Part shown: in pieces, positions 49,727-59,250 of the stretch
How the letters are laid out: the number at the start of each line of letters is the position of its first letter
Numbering within the stretch: position 1 is the first letter of the stretch
Origin: a virus
Length of the DNA stretch: 64,000 nucleotides
Virus record (IMG/VR): IMGVR_UViG_3300035181_000377
Coordinates: 2,828 to 66,827 of that record
Direction: 5' to 3' (one strand)
The notes under the pieces: generated by a model
What the model was told of the DNA's origin: nothing
Databases searched by the model: none
The model's input: only the letters and a program-made list of their open reading frames with translations
Translations under genes and position numbers: made by a program

Positions 49727-50344
49727 ATGGCTATAATCGAAGGTAAACCATCACGTAGCAATCGTAACAAAACACCGGCAAAAGGTTTAGGTTCACTTGG
49801 TGAAGCTTTAACCAAGGCAGCTGAAGCATTACCCACACCGCCTATGAATGAGCAACCAGCACAGGCATCAACAGAAACAGAAGTATTGAAAGAAGAAGCG
49901 GCTAAGCCATTTCTTCAATCACTGGGTGAGTTAAATCCTGGCCCAACACGCCGTATCTTTATTAATGACGTTGAAGTCACCGCATCTGTGATTAAACAAC
50001 ATGACGAAGATGCAAAAAAGTCGGAATCTAAAGAAGAACTTCGGAAAGAGTGTTTAGGACTACTCGATAAAACTTATGATGAAATTGATTCAGCAAAAGA
50101 AAAACTTCGTCAAGCAGATGAAGTAATGGAAATACAAGCTTATGCAGCTCAACTAGGTAAGCTAGAAGCAATAAAGAATGATTTGTATAATGCTGGTATA
50201 GTAACGCCAAATGAATATAATGCTCATTATAAAGCATCATCTGTTAAACATGAAAAAGAATTAACAGCAGACGAAATTGTTTTACGTGCTGCCAGTGCAT
50301 TTGGTAGATCTTCTGTTCAAGAATGTTTTGGTGTGTATCCTTAA
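49727..50344 (+). CDS. Hypothetical protein
   Basis: 205 aa, followed by a terminator at 50353-50386. Confidence 0.75.
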   Translation: MAIIEGKPSRSNRNKTPAKGLGSLGEALTKAAEALPTPPMNEQPAQASTETEVLKEEAAKPFLQSLGELNPGPTRRIFINDVEVTASVIKQHDEDAKKSESKEELRKECLGLLDKTYDEIDSAKEKLRQADEVMEIQAYAAQLGKLEAIKNDLYNAGIVTPNEYNAHYKASSVKHEKELTADEIVLRAASAFGRSSVQECFGVYP

Positions 50345-50461
50345 GTAATTTGATAGACAGAGCTAAATACTCTGTCTATTTTTTTTTATTTCTAATTAAT
50401 CTTAGCGACATATTACTATTATGAGTACAGTAATATTGTTTATTAGTTTATAGGAGAAAGT

Positions 50462-50938
50462 ATGAAAAGATTTATCATTATAATTTTATTAGTAATATCT
50501 AGTAATGCTTTAGCTAACATAGAAACACTAAAGACTACAATTATAAATAGCGACACTAAAGGAAATAAGAATGATATAATAGCTATTATAGATTATATCT
50601 TTTCTAATAAAGGTATAGACCCATTATTAGTATTGAGTGTAGTAGATGTGGAATCTAATTTTAATAAGTATGCTAAATCTAAAAGTGGTGCTGTAGGATT
50701 GATGCAGGTGGTCCCTAGATGGCATAAAAAGAAAATACATGGTAGGAGCATGTATAGAATTAAAGTAGCGTTAGAAGTAGGTACTAAGGTATTAAAAGAG
50801 TGTAGTATAAAGTATCACGGTAACATAAATAAAGTCCTGAATTGTTATTCTGGATATAGAGGAAAAGGAGCCAGTAAATATCGACATGATGTATTAGTGG
50901 AGTATAGACGATATAAACGAATTACTTTAAAAGGATAG
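50462..50938 (+). CDS. Secreted soluble lytic transglycosylase (SLT domain)
   Basis: Signal peptide; VVDVESNFNKYAKSKSGAVGLMQV; promoter motif CATATTAC at 50409. Confidence 0.88.
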   Translation: MKRFIIIILLVISSNALANIETLKTTIINSDTKGNKNDIIAIIDYIFSNKGIDPLLVLSVVDVESNFNKYAKSKSGAVGLMQVVPRWHKKKIHGRSMYRIKVALEVGTKVLKECSIKYHGNINKVLNCYSGYRGKGASKYRHDVLVEYRRYKRITLKG

Positions 50939-50996
50939 TATATACGTACTAAAACAAAATACGTATACTGATAGTTATTAATAAAGGAGAATAGAA

Positions 50997-51290
50997 ATGA
51001 ATGTAGAAGAATATCTTTTGACGTGTTTAAATGAGGAATCTTTAGAAATAGCCCATGCTGTTAATAAGGCAAAAAGATTTGGTTTAGATGACATTAATCC
51101 AGATAATGGTTTAACTAATCGTGAACATATCCTTAAAGAGTTTAATGATCAGATGGGTGTATTTGATATGTTAATAGAACTTGGTGTATTTGAAACACCA
51201 TTAATACGTACAGAACTAGTAGTAAAAAAACGTGAGAAGTTAAATATATGGATGACATATTCTAGAAGCAAAGGTACGTTGGTGAATTAA
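50997..51290 (+). CDS. MazG-like nucleotide pyrophosphohydrolase
   Basis: LNEESLE...KAKRFG...KEFND (EExxE / ExxD). Confidence 0.7.
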   Translation: MNVEEYLLTCLNEESLEIAHAVNKAKRFGLDDINPDNGLTNREHILKEFNDQMGVFDMLIELGVFETPLIRTELVVKKREKLNIWMTYSRSKGTLVN

Positions 51291-51315
51291 TTATATTATT
51301 TATTAAGGAAATTTA

Positions 51316-51513
51316 ATGAGTCGTAAAAATAATACTATGGGTCGTAAAAATATTATTACTACTACCTTTACGAAAGATGAGTTATCTGATTATAGGTTTT
51401 CAATTATTGTTATTAAACCCACATATTCAGATGAAGTAAGAAATAAATTAATAGAACATTCAAAAAAGTATAACGTCGCTATTTATGAAGATGGTGTGTT
51501 GTATGATGTTTAA
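51316..51513 (+). CDS. Hypothetical protein
   Basis: AAGGA RBS. Confidence 0.6.
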   Translation: MSRKNNTMGRKNIITTTFTKDELSDYRFSIIVIKPTYSDEVRNKLIEHSKKYNVAIYEDGVLYDV

Positions 51514-51531
51514 ATATAAAGGAGCAGTGTA

Positions 51532-52014
51532 ATGTCTGAATTAAAATTAAGTAATGAACAAACTATCGAAGCTGTTTTATTTATGCGACTAATAGCTGAT
51601 GCTAATTTATTTTTCGATGATAATGAACATTTAGTAATAGACAATGTTATTATTAAGTTAAAATCAGCTACGCCAACTGAAACTGTAGCTAAGTTATTTT
51701 TAAGTAGTGACTTGTATGAGAAAATAGTTGGTATGTATCCTCTAATGCTAAATAAAGTTACTGAGATTGTTATTAATTGTTCTAAAGATGGTACTCTAGA
51801 TAAAAAATTATTCTTTATTTTACTAGAGACTACTTATAGAATGTTTGTTTCACAACGTGAATTATTAAATAATTTAGTTATAAAGAGTGTTGGAGAAGAT
51901 ATAAATAATGTATTAGAAATGCTACATAGTAGTATTAGTAATATTATCAATACTACTATGGTTGAAAAAGAAGATGGTAAAAAACTAAATAATAATCTCA
52001 CAGTTGTAAAATAG
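51532..52014 (+). CDS. Hypothetical protein, paralog family B (copy 1)
   Basis: LSN, LDKKLFF.L and C-terminal L.VVK shared with the next gene. Confidence 0.75.
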   Translation: MSELKLSNEQTIEAVLFMRLIADANLFFDDNEHLVIDNVIIKLKSATPTETVAKLFLSSDLYEKIVGMYPLMLNKVTEIVINCSKDGTLDKKLFFILLETTYRMFVSQRELLNNLVIKSVGEDINNVLEMLHSSISNIINTTMVEKEDGKKLNNNLTVVK

Positions 52015-52056
52015 TTATTTAGTTTTATCAGAGTTTAAATATAAAGGAGTTTTAAA

Positions 52057-52542
52057 ATGACTGAGTTTGAATTAAGTAATAAATTGACTACTGACGCTAT
52101 TAAATATATTAAAGAATGTGCTGAAGAAAATGGCGTGATATTTAGTAAAGATGAAGTAATGGTAATTGATAAGTTTATTAGTAAATTAGATTTACTTATA
52201 CCAGGTGAAGTAATCAGTAAGGTATTTATAAATACAGATGAATATACTAGCGTAGTTACAATGCACGCAACAATGATAGAGGCTGTTAAAAGATTAGCAC
52301 ATACATCTATGTGTGATAAATCTCTAGATAAAAAATTATTTTTTGTTTTAATAAATTACTGTAATAAATTATTTATGTCGCATGATGAAGCTTGTACTAT
52401 TTTAATAAAGCAAAATATTGACACTGAAATTAATAATAAGATGTATAAACTACAGGAGAGTATTAATTCAATTGCTCTTGGTAATACCGAAAATACTGCA
52501 CCAAACACTGTTACTAGAAATGGTTTACATGTAGTTAAGTAA
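52057..52542 (+). CDS. Hypothetical protein, paralog family B (copy 2)
   Basis: Tandem paralog of 51532..52014. Confidence 0.75.
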   Translation: MTEFELSNKLTTDAIKYIKECAEENGVIFSKDEVMVIDKFISKLDLLIPGEVISKVFINTDEYTSVVTMHATMIEAVKRLAHTSMCDKSLDKKLFFVLINYCNKLFMSHDEACTILIKQNIDTEINNKMYKLQESINSIALGNTENTAPNTVTRNGLHVVK

Positions 52543-52669
52543 TTGTTCCAAATAATCTTAGACACATATTACTAACATGGAGTGCCGAGAGCACTTTACA
52601 CTTATATGTTTATAGACGTGTTTAAGATTATAAAATTTGTTGTAATTTTCTTTTAACTTAGGAGTATTA

Positions 52670-53647
52670 ATGATGGGCAATGTCGTAAATTTATATGCAT
52701 GTGGTGGCGCAGGCCTTAATATAGCATCAAGTTTAGAAAAGTTTCGCGGTACCACTGAAGAAGGTTTTGCTACTGTCGATACTTTCTACATAGATACGTC
52801 TAAAAGTAATTTGAAATTTAATCCACCTGAAGACAGTGTATTTTTAATTGAAGGTGTAGATGGTAGTGGTAAAAAACGTGACCAGAATTATGAATTAATT
52901 TACGAACGCAGTAAAGAAATGCTACAACAGTTTAAACCAGCTGATGTAAATATTGTATTACATTCGGCATCTGGTGGCTCTGGTTCCGTTATTGGTCCAG
53001 TACTAGTATCAGAGTTATTAAACCGTGGTGAAAATGTAATTGTAATTATGGTTGGTTCTCGTGATTCACGTATTGAAATTAATAATACAATTAAAACAAT
53101 CATGTCTTATGAAATGATTTCTAATAAACGTGAACTACCAGTAATTGCTACCTATTACGAAAACTCAAATGAAGAGCCACGTAGTTCAGTTGACGCTAGC
53201 GTATTAAACGCTATTACGCTATTATCAGCAATCTTCTCTAAAGATAATGCTGAACTAGATAGTAGTGACTTGAATAACTTCTTGAACTATCACAATGTTA
53301 CTAGTTATTCTCCACGCCTAGCGTTCTTAGATTTTTACTCTAAGGATATCGCGTTAGTAAAAGGTCAGACTGTTATTTCTGTAGTAACGTTGGGTGAAGA
53401 AGGTTCTCCTACCTCACTTAAAGATCCTGTAGAATATCAAGCTGCTGGATTCATGTGTGAGTCTGCTATTAAGCGCGTAGACTTACATTTACCAATTCAC
53501 ACTGCTGTAATTAATGGTACTTTCAATATTATTATTAAGCGCCTAAATGACGTAATTCAAGAACTCGATACTGCTCGTTCAGCGGTGGTTGAGAAACCAT
53601 TGTTAAAAGGCAATGAGAAGGCTACCAATGACGGTCTAATGCTTTAA
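52670..53647 (+). CDS. phuZ: PhuZ phage tubulin
   Basis: YACGGAGLNI, IDTSKSN, DGSGKKR, tubulin signature SASGGSGS, ELDSSD, C-terminal DGLML; CATATTAC promoter at 52565. Confidence 0.93.
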   Translation: MMGNVVNLYACGGAGLNIASSLEKFRGTTEEGFATVDTFYIDTSKSNLKFNPPEDSVFLIEGVDGSGKKRDQNYELIYERSKEMLQQFKPADVNIVLHSASGGSGSVIGPVLVSELLNRGENVIVIMVGSRDSRIEINNTIKTIMSYEMISNKRELPVIATYYENSNEEPRSSVDASVLNAITLLSAIFSKDNAELDSSDLNNFLNYHNVTSYSPRLAFLDFYSKDIALVKGQTVISVVTLGEEGSPTSLKDPVEYQAAGFMCESAIKRVDLHLPIHTAVINGTFNIIIKRLNDVIQELDTARSAVVEKPLLKGNEKATNDGLML

Positions 53648-53656
53648 GTTATGTAA

Positions 53657-53701
53657 AATATACTACTCCCGATAATAATCTGGGAGTAGTATATTTTTTT
53701 T
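53657..53701 (+). terminator. Intrinsic terminator
   Basis: AATATACTACTCCC...GGGAGTAGTATATT followed by T-tract. Confidence 0.85.
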
Positions 53702-53773
53702 GTTTCTATTAAGTGTTGGTGATATATTACCTTATTGATAATATAAACTGTTTTTATTAATAAGGGATTAAAG

Positions 53774-54139
53774 ATGAATCAAGTTTTAATGTTATTTGAT
53801 ATATCTAACATATCTGGTCAAATTATTAATTTACTTAGATTACCTATGTTTGAGTATAGAATATCTGAAGCGGAGTTAGAAGAATTATTTGACTACGTTA
53901 TTAAAAAAGGAGTAGTAGATTTATTTAATGATAATAGTTATCCATATAACACGCATACTTTAAATGGTGAGCATAGGCGTGATTTATATTTATGTGTTTA
54001 TGACTCAGTTCGTGTAGATGTGGCTAATTTATTATTTACCGTTTTAGAACATTATCTACATAAACCTTTACCTGTAAAACTTAAAATATTGGTAACAGTT
54101 AGAGACTTAGTAATATGTAAGTCTAATTATAGAATTTAA
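53774..54139 (+). CDS. Hypothetical protein
   Basis: TATATTAC promoter motif at 53722. Confidence 0.7.
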   Translation: MNQVLMLFDISNISGQIINLLRLPMFEYRISEAELEELFDYVIKKGVVDLFNDNSYPYNTHTLNGEHRRDLYLCVYDSVRVDVANLLFTVLEHYLHKPLPVKLKILVTVRDLVICKSNYRI

Positions 54140-54152
54140 AAGGAGTTTTAAA

Positions 54153-54812
54153 ATGATAAAAAAACATGACAATGATAAAGTACTAAGTCTAGAAACAACA
54201 AGTTCATTAATACTTGGTCTAAGTGATAGTATGTACTTAGTAGAAGGCCTGATAAATTTAACAGGTGCAATTAGAAATGAATTTAAAGGCATTTATTTAT
54301 TTAACTCCTCTACACCTTTAATAAAAGAGAACACCAAGTATTATGCAAATTTTGCATTATTGGAAGACCCCATTAATCAAATACCTGATTTACGCTGTGC
54401 TATTACTGATGATGAAAATAACGTTGTCATTCCTGAGTTCGTTATGTTAAATCAGAGTAAGTTTTTAAGAGGTTATCCAAAACATAACCTACATGCTTTG
54501 ATGTTAATTATTAAATTAATAGAAGATGAGCTAGTGCGTGTATGTCCATTTGCTATTAATGATGAGAGTAGAGTAGATCCTACTATCATAGATTATTATT
54601 TTAATCCACGTGTACAAGAGATAATTGCTTCGGGTAAATTAGAAGATATTTGTCATCCGATTATTTCAATCATGAGTGAATTTATAGGTAACGATAACTA
54701 TCACATTTATTTTGTTAAAGTAAATGAAGATGAAGCAACGTTAACTATTAATAAAACAATTGATCACAGAATATATGAATGGACTAAACAACAGTATGAC
54801 ATCAAAATATGA
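54153..54812 (+). CDS. Conserved phiKZ-like hypothetical protein
   Basis: AAGGAG RBS; C-terminal IDHRIYEW. Confidence 0.7.
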   Translation: MIKKHDNDKVLSLETTSSLILGLSDSMYLVEGLINLTGAIRNEFKGIYLFNSSTPLIKENTKYYANFALLEDPINQIPDLRCAITDDENNVVIPEFVMLNQSKFLRGYPKHNLHALMLIIKLIEDELVRVCPFAINDESRVDPTIIDYYFNPRVQEIIASGKLEDICHPIISIMSEFIGNDNYHIYFVKVNEDEATLTINKTIDHRIYEWTKQQYDIKI

Positions 54813-55170
54813 GACCATAGCTTTTGACATATCCTGCATTAAGAGTAGGTTTGATTTAATAATTGCTAATATTTTTTATGGTAAAATTAGTGTAGAAACT
54901 TTAATAGAGTTATTCACTAGTATACCCATAGAGGTTCAGTATAACGAGATAATATGGTATAAAATAGAGGAATTATTAGGTCCTGCTGAGTATGAGAATT
55001 TAAATCTTGAAGATGCAGAGATAATTATTGAATCTTTAATTGAAAATTTTTATAGTGAATTAGGGGTATTAATAATACCATTCTGCGATCCTATGGATAA
55101 TTATACTTTCTTTAAATGGATTGATAGAACTTCCATTATGTTAATTAATGAAAAAAAAGTATTTAGTTAA
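54796..55170 (+). CDS. Hypothetical protein, related to 62357..62767
   Basis: C-terminal YTFFKWIDRTSIML; start uncertain. Confidence 0.65.
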   Translation: MTSKYETIAFDISCIKSRFDLIIANIFYGKISVETLIELFTSIPIEVQYNEIIWYKIEELLGPAEYENLNLEDAEIIIESLIENFYSELGVLIIPFCDPMDNYTFFKWIDRTSIMLINEKKVFS

Positions 55171-55181
55171 AGGACATTATA

Positions 55182-55517
55182 ATGATTGAGCATGACTTAG
55201 AGTATAATACAGTTGACGAATATTCAGAAAATGAGTTGGAAGAGGATGATTTATATTTTTACAATAAGATGTTTGATTTTGATGTAGATGAAGCCGATAT
55301 AACTGAGATGTTGTCCGACTGTATAGATAAGACATATAAGTGTCAGGTTAGCTCACCAAATGTTAAATCAGTTCCATATGCATATATGACAGATAAGACT
55401 TTAGGTACTGTGATAATATTAGACGATAACTTAGAAGGTTTTATTTCTAAATTCGGTAGCACTGAAAAAGTAATCACGCATCCGGTGTATCGTTTAATTA
55501 AATTTATTTCACACTGA
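55182..55517 (+). CDS. Acidic hypothetical protein
   Basis: AAGGA RBS. Confidence 0.7.
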   Translation: MIEHDLEYNTVDEYSENELEEDDLYFYNKMFDFDVDEADITEMLSDCIDKTYKCQVSSPNVKSVPYAYMTDKTLGTVIILDDNLEGFISKFGSTEKVITHPVYRLIKFISH

Positions 55518-55524
55518 GAAGAGT

Positions 55525-55926
55525 ATGAGTAATTTTATCCAGCAGCAAAATAACTTTAATGAGGCCAATGTAATTTTAGATACTTCTAAAGAATATGCAT
55601 TAGCTTTTTCAGTATTAGATCATTTATCTCTACATAGCACAAATGTATATAATGAGATGATAAACCAAATATTCCAAAGTATGACGACAGATATAAAATT
55701 ATTTACTAGCGCCTTGATGAGAGGTCCTAACTATAATTTATTTAATATTAATTATTTTACTGTTAAAAAAGATTCATTAAAAGAAAATTTAGATAATTTA
55801 TTTAAAGAATTAGGAATAAGTATTTGGTTTAATTTACAACATTATGGTTTATTTAATAATCCGTATGCTGATTTAATTTTAACCGATATTAACAAAGACT
55901 ATATTAAAGTTTCAGTGTATGTATAA
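55525..55926 (+). CDS. Hypothetical protein
   Basis: In operon. Confidence 0.7.
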   Translation: MSNFIQQQNNFNEANVILDTSKEYALAFSVLDHLSLHSTNVYNEMINQIFQSMTTDIKLFTSALMRGPNYNLFNINYFTVKKDSLKENLDNLFKELGISIWFNLQHYGLFNNPYADLILTDINKDYIKVSVYV

Positions 55927-55940
55927 TTTAGGAGTAGTAA

Positions 55941-56336
55941 ATGAGTGATTTTAATTTAGGCTTTAGATATAACTTTAATACTTTAGCACCAGCTATATTA
56001 GGTGCTACGTTTACTAATGCAAAGGTACTGGCGCTATTAAACTATGATACTGCAACTATGTTTGGTAATATTGCTGCCACGGCAGTAGCTGTATATCCTT
56101 TGTTGCCTGCTGGTACGCCTAGTGATCCTACGGCATATAAGTATGTAATCATAGAAACAGAAAATAAGAGTAAAGTAGTATTAGCATTAAACTGGATAGA
56201 TACAAATAGTATTGTTTCAGTAGAATCAGTCAATGCTAACTTTAAGATTAGTAATATTACTTTGGATGATATAAATAAAATTACAACTGCTTTAGTAGCT
56301 ATGGGTTATACTCAGATAACTACTTCAACGATGTAA
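55941..56336 (+). CDS. Conserved phiKZ-like hypothetical protein (SH3-like beta-barrel type)
   Basis: YNFNTLAPAILG, VYPLLPAGTP, LALNWID motifs. Confidence 0.7.
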   Translation: MSDFNLGFRYNFNTLAPAILGATFTNAKVLALLNYDTATMFGNIAATAVAVYPLLPAGTPSDPTAYKYVIIETENKSKVVLALNWIDTNSIVSVESVNANFKISNITLDDINKITTALVAMGYTQITTSTM

Positions 56337-56361
56337 ATAAAAATTATTATACCTATTATAT

Positions 56362-56745
56362 GTAGAAAATACAGTTTAAGTTCTGTAAGATGTTAGTGCG
56401 TTTTGCTCCAAAACATTTTAAGCTCTCCTCATGAGGGCTGACACAGCAATCCACTTATCTTACAGAACACCCTCACTACTGATAAACAATACTATATTGA
56501 TACCTTACATGCACTAGCTCGCAACTTAAAATATTAGGTTATAGTAAATGCGTTTATCAGTTCTTTAATTACAGCAATAGCCATCTTTAAGCGCCCCCTC
56601 GATGTAAAGATGATTTTTCATGGTTTAACTCCTTTTCTCCGTGATATGTTGCAATTGTAATTAAAGTTGTTGCGAGCAGCATGTTATAATTAAAAACATT
56701 AGTTTTTAGTATCCACTGAGGTTTTCCTCAGTGGATACTTTTTTT
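56362..56745 (+). ncRNA. Candidate large structured non-coding RNA
   Basis: No ORF of 60 aa or more; four perfect 9-12 bp helices plus smaller hairpins; ends in a strong terminator. Confidence 0.65.
56708..56745 (+). terminator. Intrinsic terminator
   Basis: AGTATCCACTGAGG-tttt-CCTCAGTGGATACT followed by T-tract. Confidence 0.88.
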
Positions 56746-56822
56746 GTTTCTATTTATAATTAAACATATATAACTAATATGAAGTTAATGTAATTAATCT
56801 TTTTAAAAGGAGTTTTAAAAAA

Positions 56823-57161
56823 ATGGTAATAGTTAAAGCAGAATGTGAACTTACGATGGAATATTGGTTAGTATTAAATCCAATGCAAGGTAATACAGAG
56901 GATGGTGTAAAGTTTGGACCTTATACTTCTAAAGAAGAAGCTAGAACAGTATATAACTCACAATTATGCGAACCATATAAAGATGAAGGTATGGATACTT
57001 TTAATGGCGGTACTAAACAATACCATAAGAGTTTTATTAAAGGTGGTCCAATGGAATGGATGAACCGAATAGATGAGAATGACTGGACCACGCCTAACCG
57101 TTATGGTCACGGACTGCATAAAATAATTGCTGATGTGAAGGTATTGCGAGTTATTGGATAA
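56823..57161 (+). CDS. Hypothetical protein
   Basis: CATATATAACTAATATG promoter near 56765; AAGGAG RBS. Confidence 0.75.
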   Translation: MVIVKAECELTMEYWLVLNPMQGNTEDGVKFGPYTSKEEARTVYNSQLCEPYKDEGMDTFNGGTKQYHKSFIKGGPMEWMNRIDENDWTTPNRYGHGLHKIIADVKVLRVIG

Positions 57162-57216
57162 CTAAGTGGATGGACATTAATAGAGAGTAGTGTATTTTTA
57201 TTTTTAAGGATTAATT

Positions 57217-57588
57217 ATGAATATCCAATTAAAGAGTCGCACTAGAAAATCCGGTATAATACCGGTTACGTGTTTAGACTCCATTATGGCGGAGATGTTA
57301 AATGTATCACCTGATGCATTTCAGTTGTATAATGGTGAGTTTACTACTTTTGATAGGTTTAGTAATCAACTACAAGTGTTTACATTCTTTAGTGGCGCTG
57401 GTTTATTTACGAGTAATAAGAAGAATGAGTTTTATATAGTTTTTCAAGGTTTACCAGAAGTAGCTGGTATGTCGGCTGCTGAAGAATTAGAAATGTTAGA
57501 TCATTTACGACTAGCTAAAAATCATTTCTTAAAAATAAGAAGTATGATTGATTTAGGACAAATGAGTTTACGAATAACTAGATTTTAG
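57217..57588 (+). CDS. Hypothetical protein
   Basis: AAGGA RBS. Confidence 0.7.
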   Translation: MNIQLKSRTRKSGIIPVTCLDSIMAEMLNVSPDAFQLYNGEFTTFDRFSNQLQVFTFFSGAGLFTSNKKNEFYIVFQGLPEVAGMSAAEELEMLDHLRLAKNHFLKIRSMIDLGQMSLRITRF

Positions 57589-57602
57589 ATAGGAGCAGTA
57601 TT

Positions 57603-57857
57603 ATGAATTTATTTGAATTTTTATTAACTTTGTATTTAGTATCTGTGGTGCTAACTATTTTATTTATAGTTAAGCATTCAGTATCCGTACACGATGTAAT
57701 TAAAAGCTGGCTTAATGTAAGTACTTTAAATAAGAAAATTAAGGCTAGTAAATTAACATATATAGGTCTTATACTTTATATGATTTTATTTCCAATTTTA
57801 AATACTTATTTAGCTGTAATGTATTTGAAAATTAAAAAAGAAGAGTTATTATTTTAA
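57603..57857 (+). CDS. Small two-TM membrane protein
   Basis: Two hydrophobic segments; AGGAG RBS. Confidence 0.7.
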   Translation: MNLFEFLLTLYLVSVVLTILFIVKHSVSVHDVIKSWLNVSTLNKKIKASKLTYIGLILYMILFPILNTYLAVMYLKIKKEELLF

Positions 57858-57883
57858 TGTAGTATTTTAAAGGAGTAGTAAAA

Positions 57884-59200
57884 ATGGCTATAGTTGATAA
57901 TGTAACAGGGGCACCTTTTAACGATAAATTAGATATAAAATTAAATGAAGTTACTAGAAATGTAATCATTTCAATAAATGATGCTATTGAAATGATTACT
58001 AACATCTATAGTAAAATTAATGCTTTTAATTCTACTAGAGAAGTTCTTATTAGCGATTTATCAATAATAAAAGGTTTAGTAAAAACTTTACTTAAGGATG
58101 CTTTAAATAATAAAGAAGATATAGATTTTATAGAATCTTTTTTACGACCACGCGCTGATGAATTAAGTGCAATTAGTGATAGACTAAGAGATAATTTAGA
58201 TTCTGTTTTAAATCGCGATGGACGTAGTAAAAAAGTAGTAAGTATTATTACTAGTGAAATAAATGATGTAGTTACGGATGTTAATATTCTATTAACCAAA
58301 ATTAAAGAAAGTTATCAACCTAAAGAAATTAATGAAGAACAACCTAAAGGAGAAACAAAAATGAAAGAAAATATTAATTTATCAGCGATGCTTAATGAAA
58401 TTGCGAATGTTATGTCTTTTAATGTTTATGAAGTTAATATTAAAGAACTTGTATATGACACTAGTTCAAAAATGGCGTTTAGATGTTTAGAAGGTAAAGA
58501 GTCGCGTTCTAAAAAGATACTGAAAGCAAATAATAAATTACTAAAAAAATTATTAGATATTTCAAAACATGGGAGTTTTATCCATGTTAGTGTTAAATTT
58601 CTAGATGATCTACTAGGTAAGTATAAAGTATTCTTTAGAATTATTGTTGAATTAATTAAGGATGATGGTAGTTTATCAGAAGTTGATTTTCAATCTTTGT
58701 TAGAAGGTAATATTTCTGATAAGTTAAAACAAAATCAAACTTATGGATTCTATCAACCAGACTTTAATCCAGGTAAGCAGATTGGTGGGTTTACGCAAGC
58801 AACTTATCAGCGACAGCCTCAACCATTTGTTGCACCAGAATCCATCCCACCATTCGCTAGACATAATCAATTTACTGGACAACATTTCGCACCACAACAA
58901 ATAGATCATAGAACTTTAGATAAAATAAAAGTTGAAATGAATGTGTTTATGAGTACTATTCAACACGGAGCTGATTTAAAGTTGGCTGTTTCTACACATA
59001 TTCAGAATATGGCTAATATAGCAGACTTACCAAAATACGAATTGATGCATAAAGATCTTTTAAGTCGTATAAGGAATGAAGCTCGACAATTTAATAACGT
59101 TGTCACTAAAGGCGGTGATTTAGAATTAGCATTATCTATGCATATACAAAATATGTATAATATAGCTGCATATGTGCCACCTCCAGCTTCTCGTTTTTAA
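57884..59200 (+). CDS. Hypothetical protein with internal start and duplicated C-terminal motif
   Basis: AAGGAG RBS; second in-frame RBS+ATG at 58361; DL.LA.S.HIQNM.NIA occurs twice. Confidence 0.7.
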   Translation: MAIVDNVTGAPFNDKLDIKLNEVTRNVIISINDAIEMITNIYSKINAFNSTREVLISDLSIIKGLVKTLLKDALNNKEDIDFIESFLRPRADELSAISDRLRDNLDSVLNRDGRSKKVVSIITSEINDVVTDVNILLTKIKESYQPKEINEEQPKGETKMKENINLSAMLNEIANVMSFNVYEVNIKELVYDTSSKMAFRCLEGKESRSKKILKANNKLLKKLLDISKHGSFIHVSVKFLDDLLGKYKVFFRIIVELIKDDGSLSEVDFQSLLEGNISDKLKQNQTYGFYQPDFNPGKQIGGFTQATYQRQPQPFVAPESIPPFARHNQFTGQHFAPQQIDHRTLDKIKVEMNVFMSTIQHGADLKLAVSTHIQNMANIADLPKYELMHKDLLSRIRNEARQFNNVVTKGGDLELALSMHIQNMYNIAAYVPPPASRF

Positions 59201-59209
59201 ATAACGTTT

Positions 59210-59248
59210 TAAATACACACTGGATAAAACCAGTGTGTATTTTTTTTT
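59210..59248. terminator. Terminator between convergent genes
   Basis: AAATACACACTGG-ataaaa-CCAGTGTGTATTT. Confidence 0.85.
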
Positions 59249-59250
59249 AA

